Below, one piece after another: positions 38,234-48,627 of a DNA stretch of 64,000 bases (positions within the stretch are counted from its first letter, which is position 1; the number at the start of each line of letters is the position of its first letter). This stretch comes from an uncultured delta proteobacterium (GTDB lineage Bacteria > Myxococcota_A > Polyangia > Polyangiales > Polyangiaceae), in assembly GCA_963841435.1 (NCBI GenBank), contig CAWJCS010000004.1:608001-672000 (forward strand). Direction: 5' to 3'. Both the position numbers and the translations under genes were made by a program. The notes under the pieces were generated by a model. That model did no database searches and was not told the origin of the DNA. It worked only from the letters and a program-made list of their open reading frames with translations.

Positions 38234-39238
38234 ATGAAGGACCTGCTTTCCCTCGGGGTCGACTTCGGGGGCACCAAGATCGAGGCCGTCGTCGTGGCTC
38301 GGCCCGATGACCGGAAAGATCCCCGGTCGGACGCCTTTCAAGTGCTCGCTCGGCGGCGCGCGCCGACTCACGCGGAGCTCGGCTACGAAGCCGTGATCGC
38401 TTCGACCATCGCCGTTGTTCGGGCGGTGGCCGATGAGGCGGGCGTCGATCCGAGGGCGCTGCCGATTGGCGTCGGCATGCCGGGCTCGGTCACGCGCGAG
38501 GACGGGCTCGTCAAGAATTCCAACACTGCCTGCCTCAACCAGCGCCCCTTCCGTCACGATCTCACGAACGCTCTCGGCGCTCGGGTCTTGTTCGAGAACG
38601 ACGCGAACTGTTTCGCTCTCGCGGAGGCGCGTTGTGGCGCGGCCCGCGTCCACGCCGACGGCATCGTTTTCGGCGTGATCATGGGCACCGGCGTGGGTGG
38701 GGGCGTCGTGGTCAACGGTCGGGTCTGGGGGGGGCCGCAGGGGCTCGGCGGCGAGTGGGGGCACCACGCGGTCGGCCCGTGGCGGCGGCCCGAGGACACA
38801 CGCGGCTCCGAAGTCGTGGGGGCGGCCCTCAGCGAGCGACCGCCGTGCAGCTGCGGGAAGATGGGGTGCGTGGAGCTTTACGCGAGCGGTGGCGGCATCG
38901 AACGCGAGTACGAGCGACGCACGAAGAGCGTGCTGAGGATGGCCCAGATCGTCGAGCGTCGCGCGAGCGATCCGGTCGCGGGCACGCTCGTCGGCGAAAT
39001 GCTCGAAGCGTTCGGGCGCGGCCTCGCCAACGTCATCGACATCCTCGACCCAACCGCCATCGTGCTCGGCGGCGGGCTCTCCAATCTCGACCTCTTGTAC
39101 GACGAGGGACGGGAGCGCGTGGCGCGCTACGTGTTCAACGACGAGCTACAGACGCCGATCCTGCGTCACGAGCTGGGTGATTCCGCCGGCGTGATCGGCG
39201 CGGCGCTCCTCGATGCCGTCGGTCCGTCAGGCGCTTGA
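38234..39238 (+). CDS. ROK family sugar kinase (Mak/fructokinase-like)
   Basis: GVDFGGTKIE, VKNSNTACLN, ENDANCFALAEA, GTGVGGG, GEWGH, CSCGKMGCVE, GDSAGVIGAA. Confidence 0.92.
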   Translation: MKDLLSLGVDFGGTKIEAVVVARPDDRKDPRSDAFQVLARRRAPTHAELGYEAVIASTIAVVRAVADEAGVDPRALPIGVGMPGSVTREDGLVKNSNTACLNQRPFRHDLTNALGARVLFENDANCFALAEARCGAARVHADGIVFGVIMGTGVGGGVVVNGRVWGGPQGLGGEWGHHAVGPWRRPEDTRGSEVVGAALSERPPCSCGKMGCVELYASGGGIEREYERRTKSVLRMAQIVERRASDPVAGTLVGEMLEAFGRGLANVIDILDPTAIVLGGGLSNLDLLYDEGRERVARYVFNDELQTPILRHELGDSAGVIGAALLDAVGPSGA

Positions 39239-39244
39239 GCGCGC

Positions 39245-39730
39245 TCACATACGCTCGCCGAGGCGGCCCCAGCGTGACATGCGGGGCTCGCTGACGCGCG
39301 CCAGCGTGTGCGCGATGGCGGCCCAGGTCATGCCGTCGCCGCCGAGCGTCTGCTCCGCGGCCATGGCGTACGCGAGGTCGCCGAGGGTGATGATGCCTAC
39401 GAGGTGCTTGTGGTCGTCGACCACGGGAACGCGGCGGATCTTGTGCTGCTGCATGATTGCCTGCACGGTGGCCGGCGTGTCGCGCGGCGAGCAACACTTC
39501 ACGTCGCGCGCCATCGCGCTCGCGACACGCGATTCACCGAGCGCCACGCCCTGCAGGTGTGCGGCCATCGCCAGGTCGCGATCCGTGATGATGCCGATGA
39601 CCTTGCCATCTGCGTCGACGACGGGGACGGCGCCGCAATCGTTTTCCCACATGATCTGAGCGGCGGTGGCCAGGCTGTCGTCAACCGTGCAGGCGCGCAC
39701 GTCGCGCGTCATGATGTCCTCGATTCTCAC
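39245..39730 (-). CDS. CBS domain pair protein
   Basis: IMTRDV, MWENDCGAVPVV, GIITDRD, IRRVPVVD..LVGIITLGDL. Confidence 0.9.
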   Translation of the reverse strand: MRIEDIMTRDVRACTVDDSLATAAQIMWENDCGAVPVVDADGKVIGIITDRDLAMAAHLQGVALGESRVASAMARDVKCCSPRDTPATVQAIMQQHKIRRVPVVDDHKHLVGIITLGDLAYAMAAEQTLGGDGMTWAAIAHTLARVSEPRMSRWGRLGERM

Positions 39731-39839
39731 GGGCTGGGCTCCTTTTTCGGCGGGGCCGCGGACGACGTTTTCGAAACCGTCGGCGGGTTGCCAGTCTAGC
39801 AGAGAGCTTGCCGCCCTTGGCGTGGCATACTCCTCGGGC

Positions 39840-40658
39840 ATGGACTTTCGAGCCTATGCCGCTCAGCCAGACGACGAGCTCGACCTGCTCCAGGGGGCGC
39901 TCTTGATCGCCAGGGATGCGCGCGCCGGGCTCGACCCCGTCGCGATCGACACCGAGCTCGACGCACTCGCTTCACCGCTGCGAAAGCTTTGCGTCGCCAG
40001 CATGCCGGCTCCGCTCCAGGCCCAGACGCTCGGCGACCACCTCTTTGGTAAGGAGGGGTTCAGCGGCAACAAGAGCGACTACTATGACCCGCGCAATTCC
40101 TTTCTGGACGAGGTGCTTGCCCGCCGCACGGGCATCCCCGTTTCGCTGTCGGTGCTCTACGTCGAAGTAGCGCGCCGCGCGGGTGTCTGGGCGCGCCCCG
40201 TGGGGTTTCCGGGTCATTTCCTCGTGCGCGTCGACGACCACGATCGGCGGCTCGTCGTGGATCCGTTCCACGGCGGGACCACGCTCGACGAGGTCGACCT
40301 GGCGGACCTCTTGCGGCGCTCCGGCTCGAAGCTTCGCTACAGCTCCGAGATGATCGCCCCCACACCGATCCGGCACGTGGTGGCGCGAATCCTGATGAAT
40401 CTAAGGGGGATCTACGCGGCGCGCGGCGAGTACGCGAGGCTGATGCTCGTGCTCGACCACCTCATCGACCTTCTGCCGAGCGCCGACGAGGAGCTTCGGG
40501 ATCGCGGCTTCCTGCTCGGACGGCTCGGCGCGCCCGACGCGGCGGTCGCGGACCTTCGGCGCTACCTGGAGCTCTTGCCGCATGCCGGCGACGTGGCCGA
40601 GGTACGCCGCTGGATCGAGCGCTTCGAAAGCAAGTCGGAGCTCGCCGGGTCGAACTGA
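39840..40658 (+). CDS. SirB1/transglutaminase-like protein with TPR
   Basis: GFSGNKSDYYDPRNSFLDEVLARRTGIPVSLS, FPGHFL, DPFHGG, RILMNL, RDRG. Confidence 0.9.
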   Translation: MDFRAYAAQPDDELDLLQGALLIARDARAGLDPVAIDTELDALASPLRKLCVASMPAPLQAQTLGDHLFGKEGFSGNKSDYYDPRNSFLDEVLARRTGIPVSLSVLYVEVARRAGVWARPVGFPGHFLVRVDDHDRRLVVDPFHGGTTLDEVDLADLLRRSGSKLRYSSEMIAPTPIRHVVARILMNLRGIYAARGEYARLMLVLDHLIDLLPSADEELRDRGFLLGRLGAPDAAVADLRRYLELLPHAGDVAEVRRWIERFESKSELAGSN

Positions 40659-40677
40659 GTCGGCCCGAGGCGACGGG

Positions 40678-41004
40678 TCATTCGCCCGGACCGAGCCCAC
40701 CACCGGCGAGGTGGCAGGTGTAGTCGCCGAACAGGTAGTAGGCGCGCTGGCATTCCACGTCGGCCGAGGCGGACCGTGCCTTGCCCTTCTGGGTGAGGCT
40801 CACCTGAAAAGTGAACTTCTGCGAGAAGGGGGAGCGCTCCTCGCGCAGCTTCTGGAAGCTGCAGCCCTCGCGCCCGCACGCTGCTTGCTCGGCCAGCTTC
40901 ACGACGTCCGAATTGTCCCCGTACGTGTTGGCGAGCCCGAGGGCCGTGGCGGCCAGGCACGCCCCCATCACGGCGGCACGCCAAAACCCGCTCCGCTCGG
41001 CCAT
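40678..41004 (-). CDS. Small exported Cys-containing hypothetical protein
   Basis: From ATG 41004: hydrophobic N-terminus, ACGREGC, VECQRAYYLFGDYTC; abuts the methyltransferase stop. Confidence 0.65.
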   Translation of the reverse strand: MAERSGFWRAAVMGACLAATALGLANTYGDNSDVVKLAEQAACGREGCSFQKLREERSPFSQKFTFQVSLTQKGKARSASADVECQRAYYLFGDYTCHLAGGGLGPGE

Positions 41005-41597
41005 CAGCCCGCCATCTCGAGCTCGAAAAACGGAGGCGGCCGGTCCTTCACCCACCAGAGGCCCGCTCCCACGCTGACCAGGTGCTTGCTGAGGATCCCG
41101 CGGTAGTAAGAACCGTTGCGCACGAAGATGTCCGTGTCGGTACGCGTCGTGTCGCAACGCTCGCGCAGATCCTGACGCGTCGTCACTTCCACGTAGACGA
41201 GCCCGCGCGACATGGCGGCGATGTTCGCCACCGCGGGCGCGACGTCCGGATCCGGCAAGTACTGGAGCACGCCGTGGCACACGATGAGGTCGTGCTTCTT
41301 GCGATCGCGCCAGCGCGCGATGTCGCGGTGCATGTAGCCGTGCTTCTTGCACATCACCTGGCTCACTTCGGTGCCTACGTACTGGACACCCTTCTGGTGC
41401 TTCTCGATCCAGTGCTTCCAGAGACCGATCCCCGCACCCACGTCGAGCACGCTCTTCATCTCGAGCTTGTTGTAACGAGCGAACGCAAACACGAACTCCG
41501 CGAGGTTTGCGTGCTCTTCCGGGGACGTGACCCGCGTCTGCGCGGACTCGTAAAACCGGTGATAATAGGCTTCGTCGAAGCGGCGAAACCGATCCAT
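41004..41597 (-). CDS. Class I SAM-dependent methyltransferase
   Basis: FDEAYYHRFY, VLDVGAGIG, DLIVCHGVLQYL. Confidence 0.85.
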   Translation of the reverse strand: MDRFRRFDEAYYHRFYESAQTRVTSPEEHANLAEFVFAFARYNKLEMKSVLDVGAGIGLWKHWIEKHQKGVQYVGTEVSQVMCKKHGYMHRDIARWRDRKKHDLIVCHGVLQYLPDPDVAPAVANIAAMSRGLVYVEVTTRQDLRERCDTTRTDTDIFVRNGSYYRGILSKHLVSVGAGLWWVKDRPPPFFELEMAG

Positions 41598-41838
41598 AGC
41601 GAGCTAGTCTAGTCTTGGCGGAACCGTTCTGCGATGCGATTTGCGCTCTCGCCGTACGGCTGGTCGTCCGACCCCGGAGCCCACCGGCCGAGGGCCCTCG
41701 CAGCGTCACGCCGATCGGCCGCTCGCCCGGCGCTCTTTCGCCCGGAAATGAGCGAATTTGTCCCGGACCGGCCCGCTAGCTCTGGTCACGAGCCGGACCG
41801 TCGACTAGACCAAGGCGTTCGAAGGAGCATCCTCTAGC

Positions 41839-43218
41839 ATGGCCCAAAGCGTCGTCGTCGAGAACCAAGTCAAGGAAGGCAGCCGCCGCAAGCAAGAGAG
41901 CGTCCGGACCCAGGAGGGCAAGACCTTCCGTGTCGCAGACCTCGCACTTTCGGATTGGGGTCGCAAAGAGATCGCGATCGCGGAGACCGAGATGCCAGGC
42001 TTGATGGCGCTTCGGGCGGAATACGGCCAATCGAAGCCGCTCAAGGGTGCTCGGATCGCCGGCTGTCTGCACATGACGATCCAGACGGCGGTGCTCATCG
42101 AAACCCTGCGCGAGCTCGGGGCCGAGGTCACCTGGACCTCCTGCAACATTTTCTCCACGCAAGATCACGCCGCGGCGGCGATCGCCAAGGCTGGCATCCC
42201 GGTTTTCGCCTGGAAGGGTGAGACCGAGGCGGAATACGACTGGTGCCTCGAGAAGCAGCTCCTCGCGTTCGAGGGCGGCAAGGCGCCGAACATGATCCTC
42301 GACGACGGCGGGGACCTCACGAAGTGGGTCCACGAGAAGCACGACTACATGTTCGAGGGAGCCGACGCCATTCGTGGCATCAGTGAAGAGACCACGACGG
42401 GCGTTCACCGCCTCTATGAAATGTTCCGGCGCGGCGAGCTCAAGTGCCCCGCCATGAACGTCAACGACTCGGTCACGAAGACCAAGTTCGACAATACCTA
42501 CGGCTGCCGCGAGTCGCTCACGGACGGCATCAAGCGGGCAACCGACGTGATGTTCGCAGGCAAGGTCTGCATCGTGGCGGGCTACGGCGAGGTCGGCAAG
42601 GGTTGCGCCCAAGCCATGCGCGGTCTCGGCGCGCGGGTGCTCATCACCGAGGTCAACCCCATCTGCGCGCTGCAGGCTGCCATGGAGGGCTACCAGGTCG
42701 TCACCATGGAGGAGGCCGCGCCCATGGCCGACATCTTCGTGACGGCCACGGGCTGCTGCAACGTCGTGCGTGGCGAGCACATGAAGGTGATGAAGAACGA
42801 GGCCATCGTCTGCAACATCGGCCACTTCGACAGCGAGATCGACATGGCCTGGCTCGAGACGCAGGCCGGCATCGTCGAAGAGAACATCAAGCCGCAGGTC
42901 GATCACTTCATTTTCCCGGACGGCAAACGCATCATCGTGCTCGCCCGCGGCCGCCTCGTGAACCTCGGTTGCGCTACCGGTCATCCGAGCTTCGTCATGA
43001 GCACGAGCTTCACGAACCAGGTGCTCGCTCAGATCGCCCTCTGGAACGACAAGATGCCCCTCGGCGTGCACGTTCTGCCGAAGAAGCTCGACGAGAAGGT
43101 GGCACGGCTGCACCTCGGCAAGCTCGGCGTGAACCTCGAGACCTTGACCCAGAAGCAGGCCGAGTACCTCGGCATTCCCGTCGAGGGCCCCTACAAGCCC
43201 GAGCTCTATCGTTACTAG
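41839..43218 (+). CDS. ahcY: S-adenosylhomocysteine hydrolase
   Basis: [77 protein letters not shown]-terminal YRY. Confidence 0.98.
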   Translation: MAQSVVVENQVKEGSRRKQESVRTQEGKTFRVADLALSDWGRKEIAIAETEMPGLMALRAEYGQSKPLKGARIAGCLHMTIQTAVLIETLRELGAEVTWTSCNIFSTQDHAAAAIAKAGIPVFAWKGETEAEYDWCLEKQLLAFEGGKAPNMILDDGGDLTKWVHEKHDYMFEGADAIRGISEETTTGVHRLYEMFRRGELKCPAMNVNDSVTKTKFDNTYGCRESLTDGIKRATDVMFAGKVCIVAGYGEVGKGCAQAMRGLGARVLITEVNPICALQAAMEGYQVVTMEEAAPMADIFVTATGCCNVVRGEHMKVMKNEAIVCNIGHFDSEIDMAWLETQAGIVEENIKPQVDHFIFPDGKRIIVLARGRLVNLGCATGHPSFVMSTSFTNQVLAQIALWNDKMPLGVHVLPKKLDEKVARLHLGKLGVNLETLTQKQAEYLGIPVEGPYKPELYRY

Positions 43219-43251
43219 TCGCGCGTGCCGCGTGCGGCACAGGAGGACGAG

Positions 43252-43650
43252 ATGACGCCGAGCGAGAAAAACATCGTGCGCTCCCTGGTGGCCGTCGCCT
43301 GGGCGGACGGCAAGCTCGAATCGGGTGAGTCGAGCGTGATCGAAGGCCTGCTCACCGGCTTCGACGCGAGCGAGGCGGAGGAAAAGGAGCTCCTCGAGTA
43401 CGCGCGCGTGCGGCGCACGCTCGAGAAGGACATTCCGCTCGCCGACCTGTCGCCCGACGATCGGGAGCTCTTGCTCGCCAACGCGGCGTTGCTCACGCTC
43501 GCCGACGGCGAAAAGAGCGAGTCCGAGAGCGAAGTGCTCGATAAGCTCATCGAGGTGCTCGGCTTCAGCAAGGAAGAGGCGCACGACATCCTCGCGGGCG
43601 CCGAGGACGGCGCCCTTCAGCTCAGTCCCCGCTCCCTCAAGGAAGACTAG
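43252..43650 (+). CDS. TerB-like (tellurite resistance fold) protein
   Basis: SD AGGAGG; LVAVAWADGKLESGE and LTLADGEKSESE are the two TerB ADG...E motifs. Confidence 0.8.
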   Translation: MTPSEKNIVRSLVAVAWADGKLESGESSVIEGLLTGFDASEAEEKELLEYARVRRTLEKDIPLADLSPDDRELLLANAALLTLADGEKSESESEVLDKLIEVLGFSKEEAHDILAGAEDGALQLSPRSLKED

Positions 43651-43651
43651 C

Positions 43652-44254
43652 TCAGCGCCTGCCGGTCGAGGCGGGCGGCGGCGGGGGCAGGATGCTCTGC
43701 CCGAGGCCGAAGCCCGAGACCCCGCCCGAGACCACGAACGTCATCACTTCCGAGGCCGGCAGGTCGAGGACCTCGACACAATCGCGGGGCACCAGCACCA
43801 GGAATCCGGCAAAGTTGTAGGACTGGGGAAGATACACGGCGATGTGGTCGGGCATGCCGAGCCCCAGGAGCTCTTCGCGCGTCACGAAACCGAGTTGTCG
43901 AGCGTCAACGCCGGGGAACAGCGAAACGGCGGCTGGCACGTCGAAGCGCCGCTTGTCGCCCACGAACGCGCTCACGAGATCCTTGATGGAGGTGTAAACG
44001 AGCTTGACGAGCGGCAAGCGGCGGAGGAGCGCCTCGGTGAGCTCGAGCATGCTCCGCCCGACGACGTTGGAGGCGAGGAGTCCGACCAGAGTGATGAGCG
44101 TGAGGGTCGCGACGAGGCCCACGCCCGGGATGGGGAAGGGGAGGAGCTGGTCGATGGTGCGCAGGACCGTCCACACGATGTAGACGGTGAGACCAAGCGG
44201 GGCCGTGACCAGACACCCGTTCAGAAAGTAGCGGACCACGCGTTTGAGGCTCAT
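43652..44254 (-). CDS. DUF502 membrane protein
   Basis: YFLNGCLVTAPLGLT, RLPLVKLVYTSIKD, LGFVT, VYLP, FVVSGG. Confidence 0.85.
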   Translation of the reverse strand: MSLKRVVRYFLNGCLVTAPLGLTVYIVWTVLRTIDQLLPFPIPGVGLVATLTLITLVGLLASNVVGRSMLELTEALLRRLPLVKLVYTSIKDLVSAFVGDKRRFDVPAAVSLFPGVDARQLGFVTREELLGLGMPDHIAVYLPQSYNFAGFLVLVPRDCVEVLDLPASEVMTFVVSGGVSGFGLGQSILPPPPPASTGRR

Positions 44255-44301
44255 GCGCCGAAGGCTAAGCCGCGTTCCCGACTTCTGCTAGAGAGGGAGC
44301 C

Positions 44302-44802
44302 ATGCGTCTCGGATCCTTCGTGCTCCTTTCCCTCGTCCTCGTCGGTTGCCAGAAGCGGGTGCCTGAACCGACCCCCGCGCCGGCCGCCGATACCAGTGCC
44401 GCCGCCGAGAGCGTGGCAAGCGCCGCCGAGCCCGCGGCCCCGGCGGCCGGGCTCGTCGCCAAGGAAACGGTGACGGCGTTGAAGAAGGAAGACGAGTCGC
44501 CGGGTACGGGTCCCGCCGTGAAGACCGGCGACACGGTCCGCGTTCACTACACGGGGACGTTGCTCGACGGCACCAAGTTCGATAGCTCCCGTGACCGCGA
44601 CGAGCCTTTCGAGTTTACCCTCGGGCGCGGCATGGTGATTCGCGGATGGGACGAGGGCATCGTGGGTATGAAGAAGGGCGGGCGACGAAAGCTCACGATC
44701 CCGTCCGACATGGCCTACGGTAAGGCGGGACATCCCCCCGTGATCCCGCCGGATTCCCCGCTCGTCTTCAACGTCGAGCTCGTCGAGATCGTCGGCTCCT
44801 GA
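44302..44802 (+). CDS. FKBP-type peptidyl-prolyl isomerase (lipoprotein)
   Basis: LVGC lipobox; [45 protein letters not shown]. Confidence 0.95.
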   Translation: MRLGSFVLLSLVLVGCQKRVPEPTPAPAADTSAAAESVASAAEPAAPAAGLVAKETVTALKKEDESPGTGPAVKTGDTVRVHYTGTLLDGTKFDSSRDRDEPFEFTLGRGMVIRGWDEGIVGMKKGGRRKLTIPSDMAYGKAGHPPVIPPDSPLVFNVELVEIVGS

Positions 44803-44824
44803 GCGGCCCGCGCGGAGCGCGCCG

Positions 44825-45721
44825 TCAGGGCGCGCTGTTTTGCCAGGACGCGAGCCGCTCGAGACCGAGCAGGCGCTGCAAGACGAAGCGCTCCGCGGGT
44901 GTGAGGGCCTGCGCCCGAGAGCGCAGGCCGTCCGTGTAGCTGCGCAGCACGGCCAGATCGATGCCGCGCACGCGGCGCAGAAGGACGTACATCTCGTCGA
45001 CGAGCGAGAGCGGGAGCACCAGGTCTAGCGTGGCATAGAGCTTGACCGCGTAGTCGAGCCACGAGGGCTTGTTGGTCGCTCCGGCGAGCTTCACGGCGTA
45101 GCCGGCGGCCGTCCGCGCAACGTCCTGCGGTAGCGTGCGCGCGGCCTTGGCGTCGGCCAGCGCGGCATTGAGGTGGGTCGCGATCACGTGCTCGGCATCT
45201 TCGCCGCGCCCCAGCGCGAGGGCCTTGTCGACGACACTCGCGAGGAGCTGGAAAACGTCCGCGCTGCGCGTCGCCAGCGCGGCGTCGTCGTCAGTGAAGC
45301 TGTCGCGGGCGGGGCGTTGGGCAGGGAGATTGATCGCAGTGGACTCCGCGTCAACGACCTCTTCGTCCTCGCTGAACACGAAGACCTCGTCACCCACCGT
45401 GAGTCGATCGCCCATCTTGAGGCGTGCGCTGCCGATCACGCGCTCGGCATTGAGGAAGACGCCGTTGCGGCTGCCGAGATCCTCGACGGTGACGCCGAGG
45501 TTCGTGAGGCAGAGCCGCGCGTGCCGGCGCGAAACCAGCGCGCTCGACACCTGGATCTCGGCACCGGCGCTGCGACCGATCACCACCGACGGGCGCTCGA
45601 GTCGGAACTCGCGGATCCCTTGCCGCAGCACCGGGACGATTCGCGTTCGCCGACGGAAGCCGCTCTCCTGCGCCTTCTCCTCGGGGGCACCCTGGCGGTC
45701 ACTCGCTCTCTCGGTTCCCAC
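44825..45721 (-). CDS. FHA domain protein
   Basis: VIGRS, VSRRHA, EDLGSRNG, GDRLTVG; helical C-terminal domain. Confidence 0.9.
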   Translation of the reverse strand: MGTERASDRQGAPEEKAQESGFRRRTRIVPVLRQGIREFRLERPSVVIGRSAGAEIQVSSALVSRRHARLCLTNLGVTVEDLGSRNGVFLNAERVIGSARLKMGDRLTVGDEVFVFSEDEEVVDAESTAINLPAQRPARDSFTDDDAALATRSADVFQLLASVVDKALALGRGEDAEHVIATHLNAALADAKAARTLPQDVARTAAGYAVKLAGATNKPSWLDYAVKLYATLDLVLPLSLVDEMYVLLRRVRGIDLAVLRSYTDGLRSRAQALTPAERFVLQRLLGLERLASWQNSAP

Positions 45722-45884
45722 TTTTCCCTACATGTATATAGGACCAGGTGGGCCCACGTCCAGCACCCGGTGCGTACGCTCAGGTAGGGAAATGTAACCA
45801 TTTGATCCGAATGGATAATTTTCCCGGGGCGCTTCCATTGAGTAGCGCCCGGCGGGCGACGCTCCCGGGTTCTCTCCCGCGAAA

Positions 45885-46710
45885 TCAGGTGGCGCGCGGG
45901 TAGCTGCCGAGCACGCGTACAGCGCCGCCCAGCGCCCCGAGCTCCTCGAGCGCCGCCGCCACGGGCGCATCGAGGCGATGACCCTCGAGATCGGTGAAGA
46001 AGACGTACTCCCACCGCTTGCCGCGCGCCGGTCGCGATTCGATGCGCGTCAGATTGATGCCGGCATCGTCGAGCACGCCGAGCGCGCGACGCAGCGCACC
46101 GCGCGCGTGCGCCGTCGAGAACACGATGCTCGTTTTGTCGCTGCCCGTGGGCGGGCGGTCGGTGTGGCCGATCACGACGAAGCGCGTGGCATTCTCCGGG
46201 CGATCCTGGATGTTCTCGGAGACCACGACGAGGCCCTCGAGCTCGGCTGCGAGTCGGCTCGTGACGGCGGCGGTCGCCTCGTCGAGCGCTGCCTCGCGTG
46301 CGGCCGCTGCCGTCGAACGGCGTGGGGAAGAGCGCGGCCGAGGGTAGCTCGCGCGCGAGCCAACGACGACACTGCCCGAGCGGCTGCGGGTGCGACGCCA
46401 CGCGCCGGAAGCGGCTCCTGTCCGTGTGGCGCGCGACGAGGCAGAGCGGTACGTCGAGCACGAGCTCCCCGCACAAAGAGAGCTGGCTTTCGAGCAGCGC
46501 ATCGAGCGTCGCCGTGACGGCTCCTTCGGTGGAATTCTCGAGCGGTACCACGCCGAGCTCGGCTTCGTGCTGCTCCACGCGCCCAATCACGTCGGCGATC
46601 GTGGGTGCCTCGACGAGCGAGCCGTCCGGAAACAGGTTGCGCGCCGCGATGTGAGAAAACGTCCCCGGTGGTCCCATGAACGCGACGCGCGGGGTCGCGT
46701 TCGCGCTCAT
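45885..46710 (-). CDS. pheA: Prephenate dehydratase (PDT+ACT), split by an apparent 1-nt frameshift at ~46316
   Basis: N-half in one frame (AFMGPPGTFSH, PLENSTEG, SHPQPLGQC), C-half in another (STAAAA, NATRF, DKTS, NLTRIESRP, YVFF, LGSYP); removing one A at 46316-46317 joins them. Confidence 0.9.
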
Positions 46711-47459
46711 GGGTGGCGGCTCCGCTCGAGCACGGCGCGTATGGCCGAAGCGGCATGCAGGCGGGCGTAGTCCGTCCAACCGAGCAGCTCCGTCGTACCG
46801 TCGACGATGGCGGTCCACGCGTCGGCTTCCTCGTACAGCTTTCGTACGACGAACACGGCGCGCTCGAGGGGCATGCGCTGGCGCACCTGCGTCGGTAGAC
46901 CGGCATGCAGCACGGCGGCAGCGGAGTTGAATGCGCCGGCGAGATCGGGGCTGGTGCGTGGCGTGTCGCGGATGGCGCGATGCGCCCGTTGCACCAGGTG
47001 AGCGACTCGCAGGATTTGTGGATCGCTCACGCCGGCCAGACAGAACGCGGCCCACGCGCGGGCGATCGCCGCCTGCTCCATCGGATCGACGGCGCCGCGC
47101 GTCACGCGCTGCTCGAGCCATTCGGCGAGCGCGTGCGCGGCGCGGAGCCACTCGGGCGCGCTCGGGGGCAGGGATTCTCGAAGCCTCTTTTGCTCGCGCG
47201 CCGCCTGTCGATTGAGCTGCGGAGTCGGCTGCGACTGCACGGCGAGGGCGCGCAGATCGGCGCTCGGCGGCGCGAGGCCGACGACCGCGGCGCTCGGATC
47301 CGCCGGGAACGCCGGCTCGGGCGAGTCGCCGAACAACGGCCACGTCGCGCCGAAAGACCGCCGCTTCGGCACTTCGGCCGTCATCCGACGCGTCCCGCGG
47401 CCAGGGGTCGACTTGCCAAGCTTGCCCCCGCTCGGTCGCTCGGAGCGGCGTTGGCTCAT
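46707..47459 (-). CDS. Hypothetical protein
   Basis: ATGA overlaps with both neighbours; disordered N-terminus, helical C-terminus. Confidence 0.6.
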   Translation of the reverse strand: MSQRRSERPSGGKLGKSTPGRGTRRMTAEVPKRRSFGATWPLFGDSPEPAFPADPSAAVVGLAPPSADLRALAVQSQPTPQLNRQAAREQKRLRESLPPSAPEWLRAAHALAEWLEQRVTRGAVDPMEQAAIARAWAAFCLAGVSDPQILRVAHLVQRAHRAIRDTPRTSPDLAGAFNSAAAVLHAGLPTQVRQRMPLERAVFVVRKLYEEADAWTAIVDGTTELLGWTDYARLHAASAIRAVLERSRHP

Positions 47460-47782
47460 TTCAAAACGTCCGTCAACGCCTGCAGCTTGAGGGCGAGCGC
47501 CATGTCGCCCTCGACTTTGAGCTTGCCCGAGAAGAACAGCGCCTGGCCGTTCGCCCTGCCTTCGAACAGGTCGACGAAGTCGGCCGCAGCCATGCGCACC
47601 GTGCACCCCGCGGGGCCGTCCGTCGAGCTGACGGTCAGCGCCGACTTCAGGTCGAGGAGGAAGGTGCCGCCGCCTTCGCCGTCGAGCACGAACTTGTAGA
47701 CGGCGCCGATGACGGTCTTCAAATCCTCGCGCCCCTGGATTTTCTGTCCCAAGCGCTCGATGAGCTCGGTTGCTGTCGCCAT
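47456..47782 (-). CDS. SCP2 sterol/lipid-binding domain protein
   Basis: YKFVLDGEGGGTF, DFVDLFEGRANGQALFFSGKLKVEGDMALALKL. Confidence 0.9.
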   Translation of the reverse strand: MATATELIERLGQKIQGREDLKTVIGAVYKFVLDGEGGGTFLLDLKSALTVSSTDGPAGCTVRMAAADFVDLFEGRANGQALFFSGKLKVEGDMALALKLQALTDVLK

Positions 47783-48114
47783 CAGGTGCCGCCGTCCGTG
47801 TTCGGGTCGGTGCTCGGCTCAGCGCTCTTCTTCGCCCTGAGCGGGTGCTTTTTCGGAAGCGCTGCGGCCGGGGCGGCAGTCGGGTCGGTCGGCGCGGTTG
47901 GTGTGGCGCTCGGAACGCTCTCGGTGGCGGTTGCGACGGACGCGGGCGCCGCTTCGGGCGCGGTGGCCGGGCCCGAGGGGGCCGCCGTGGCGACGGCGCT
48001 CGGCGCAGCCGGAGGTGGGCTCGAGTCCGCTGGCTTTTCCGTCGTGATGACGCAGCCGACCGCGAGCGTCGAGCTTGCCACGAGGGTGATACCCACGAGC
48101 TCTTTGGCGTGCAT
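47782..48114 (-). CDS. Small Pro/Ala/Thr-rich lipoprotein
   Basis: LAVGC lipobox then low-complexity tail; stop abuts the SCP2 start. Confidence 0.6.
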   Translation of the reverse strand: MHAKELVGITLVASSTLAVGCVITTEKPADSSPPPAAPSAVATAAPSGPATAPEAAPASVATATESVPSATPTAPTDPTAAPAAALPKKHPLRAKKSAEPSTDPNTDGGT

Positions 48115-48595
48115 GGCTAAGAACCTTCCGTGTGCCGCCCCAGGCGGACGGCGAATGGATGGCCCAGGGTAGTGCCCCGCCCGCCGGATCGCAATCCGGG
48201 TCGCCCCGCTGCGGCTCGTTCGAGCGTCGTGCCAGCGACATCGGGCACACGACGTTTGCCGTGGCGGGCCGCGTCTCCCGGTTGAGCGACCGGTCGCGGC
48301 GAGCGCATCGTGATGGCCCGGGCAGCTCGACGGCGGGCTCCCGTCGAGCTCGCTTCCGAGCGGGTCACGCGGTGGCGCGGCGCGCGCTCGTGCGGAGCCG
48401 CGTGCCTGCGCGACGAAGAACCTCGACGACCGTCGCTGCGCGCGCGCTCACCGACCTCGCTTAGCCAAGGCTCGCACCGCGAAGAGAGCCGGCATCCGGA
48501 GCGCGACGCTTTTTCCATTTCTGCGCGCGCTCGCCCTTTTCCGCATGACGAGCTTCGGGCTCCGAAAGCCCGAGAGGCGTGGGCGAGGGCCGACC

Positions 48596-48627
48596 AAGCC
48601 GATGAAGCCGATGAAGCCGATGAAGCC
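48596..48627. repeat. 9-bp tandem repeat (AAGCCGATG)x3.5
   Basis: aagccgatgaagccgatgaagccgatgaagcc read directly, with degenerate flanking units. Confidence 0.85.

Noticed and set aside
41598-41838. SAH riboswitch upstream of ahcY
   Set aside because: ccgagggccctcgc and ggcgctc loosely recall it, but the GAGGAGCG-UGC core and the AGGCUC element are not recognisable. An Rfam scan would settle it.
41776-43584. Long antisense ORFs opposite ahcY and other genes (for example 57029..58303, 60250..61509)
   Set aside because: Expected from strong GC3 bias; no motifs and fully overlapping well-supported genes.
45722-45749. dif site (TGTATA core, xerC in window)
   Set aside because: The flank lacks the conserved XerD arm TTATGTTAAAT.
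46310-46330. Programmed ribosomal frameshifting in pheA, GH130 or the peptidase
   Set aside because: No slippery heptamer, and the shared signature follows the + strand rather than the coding strand.
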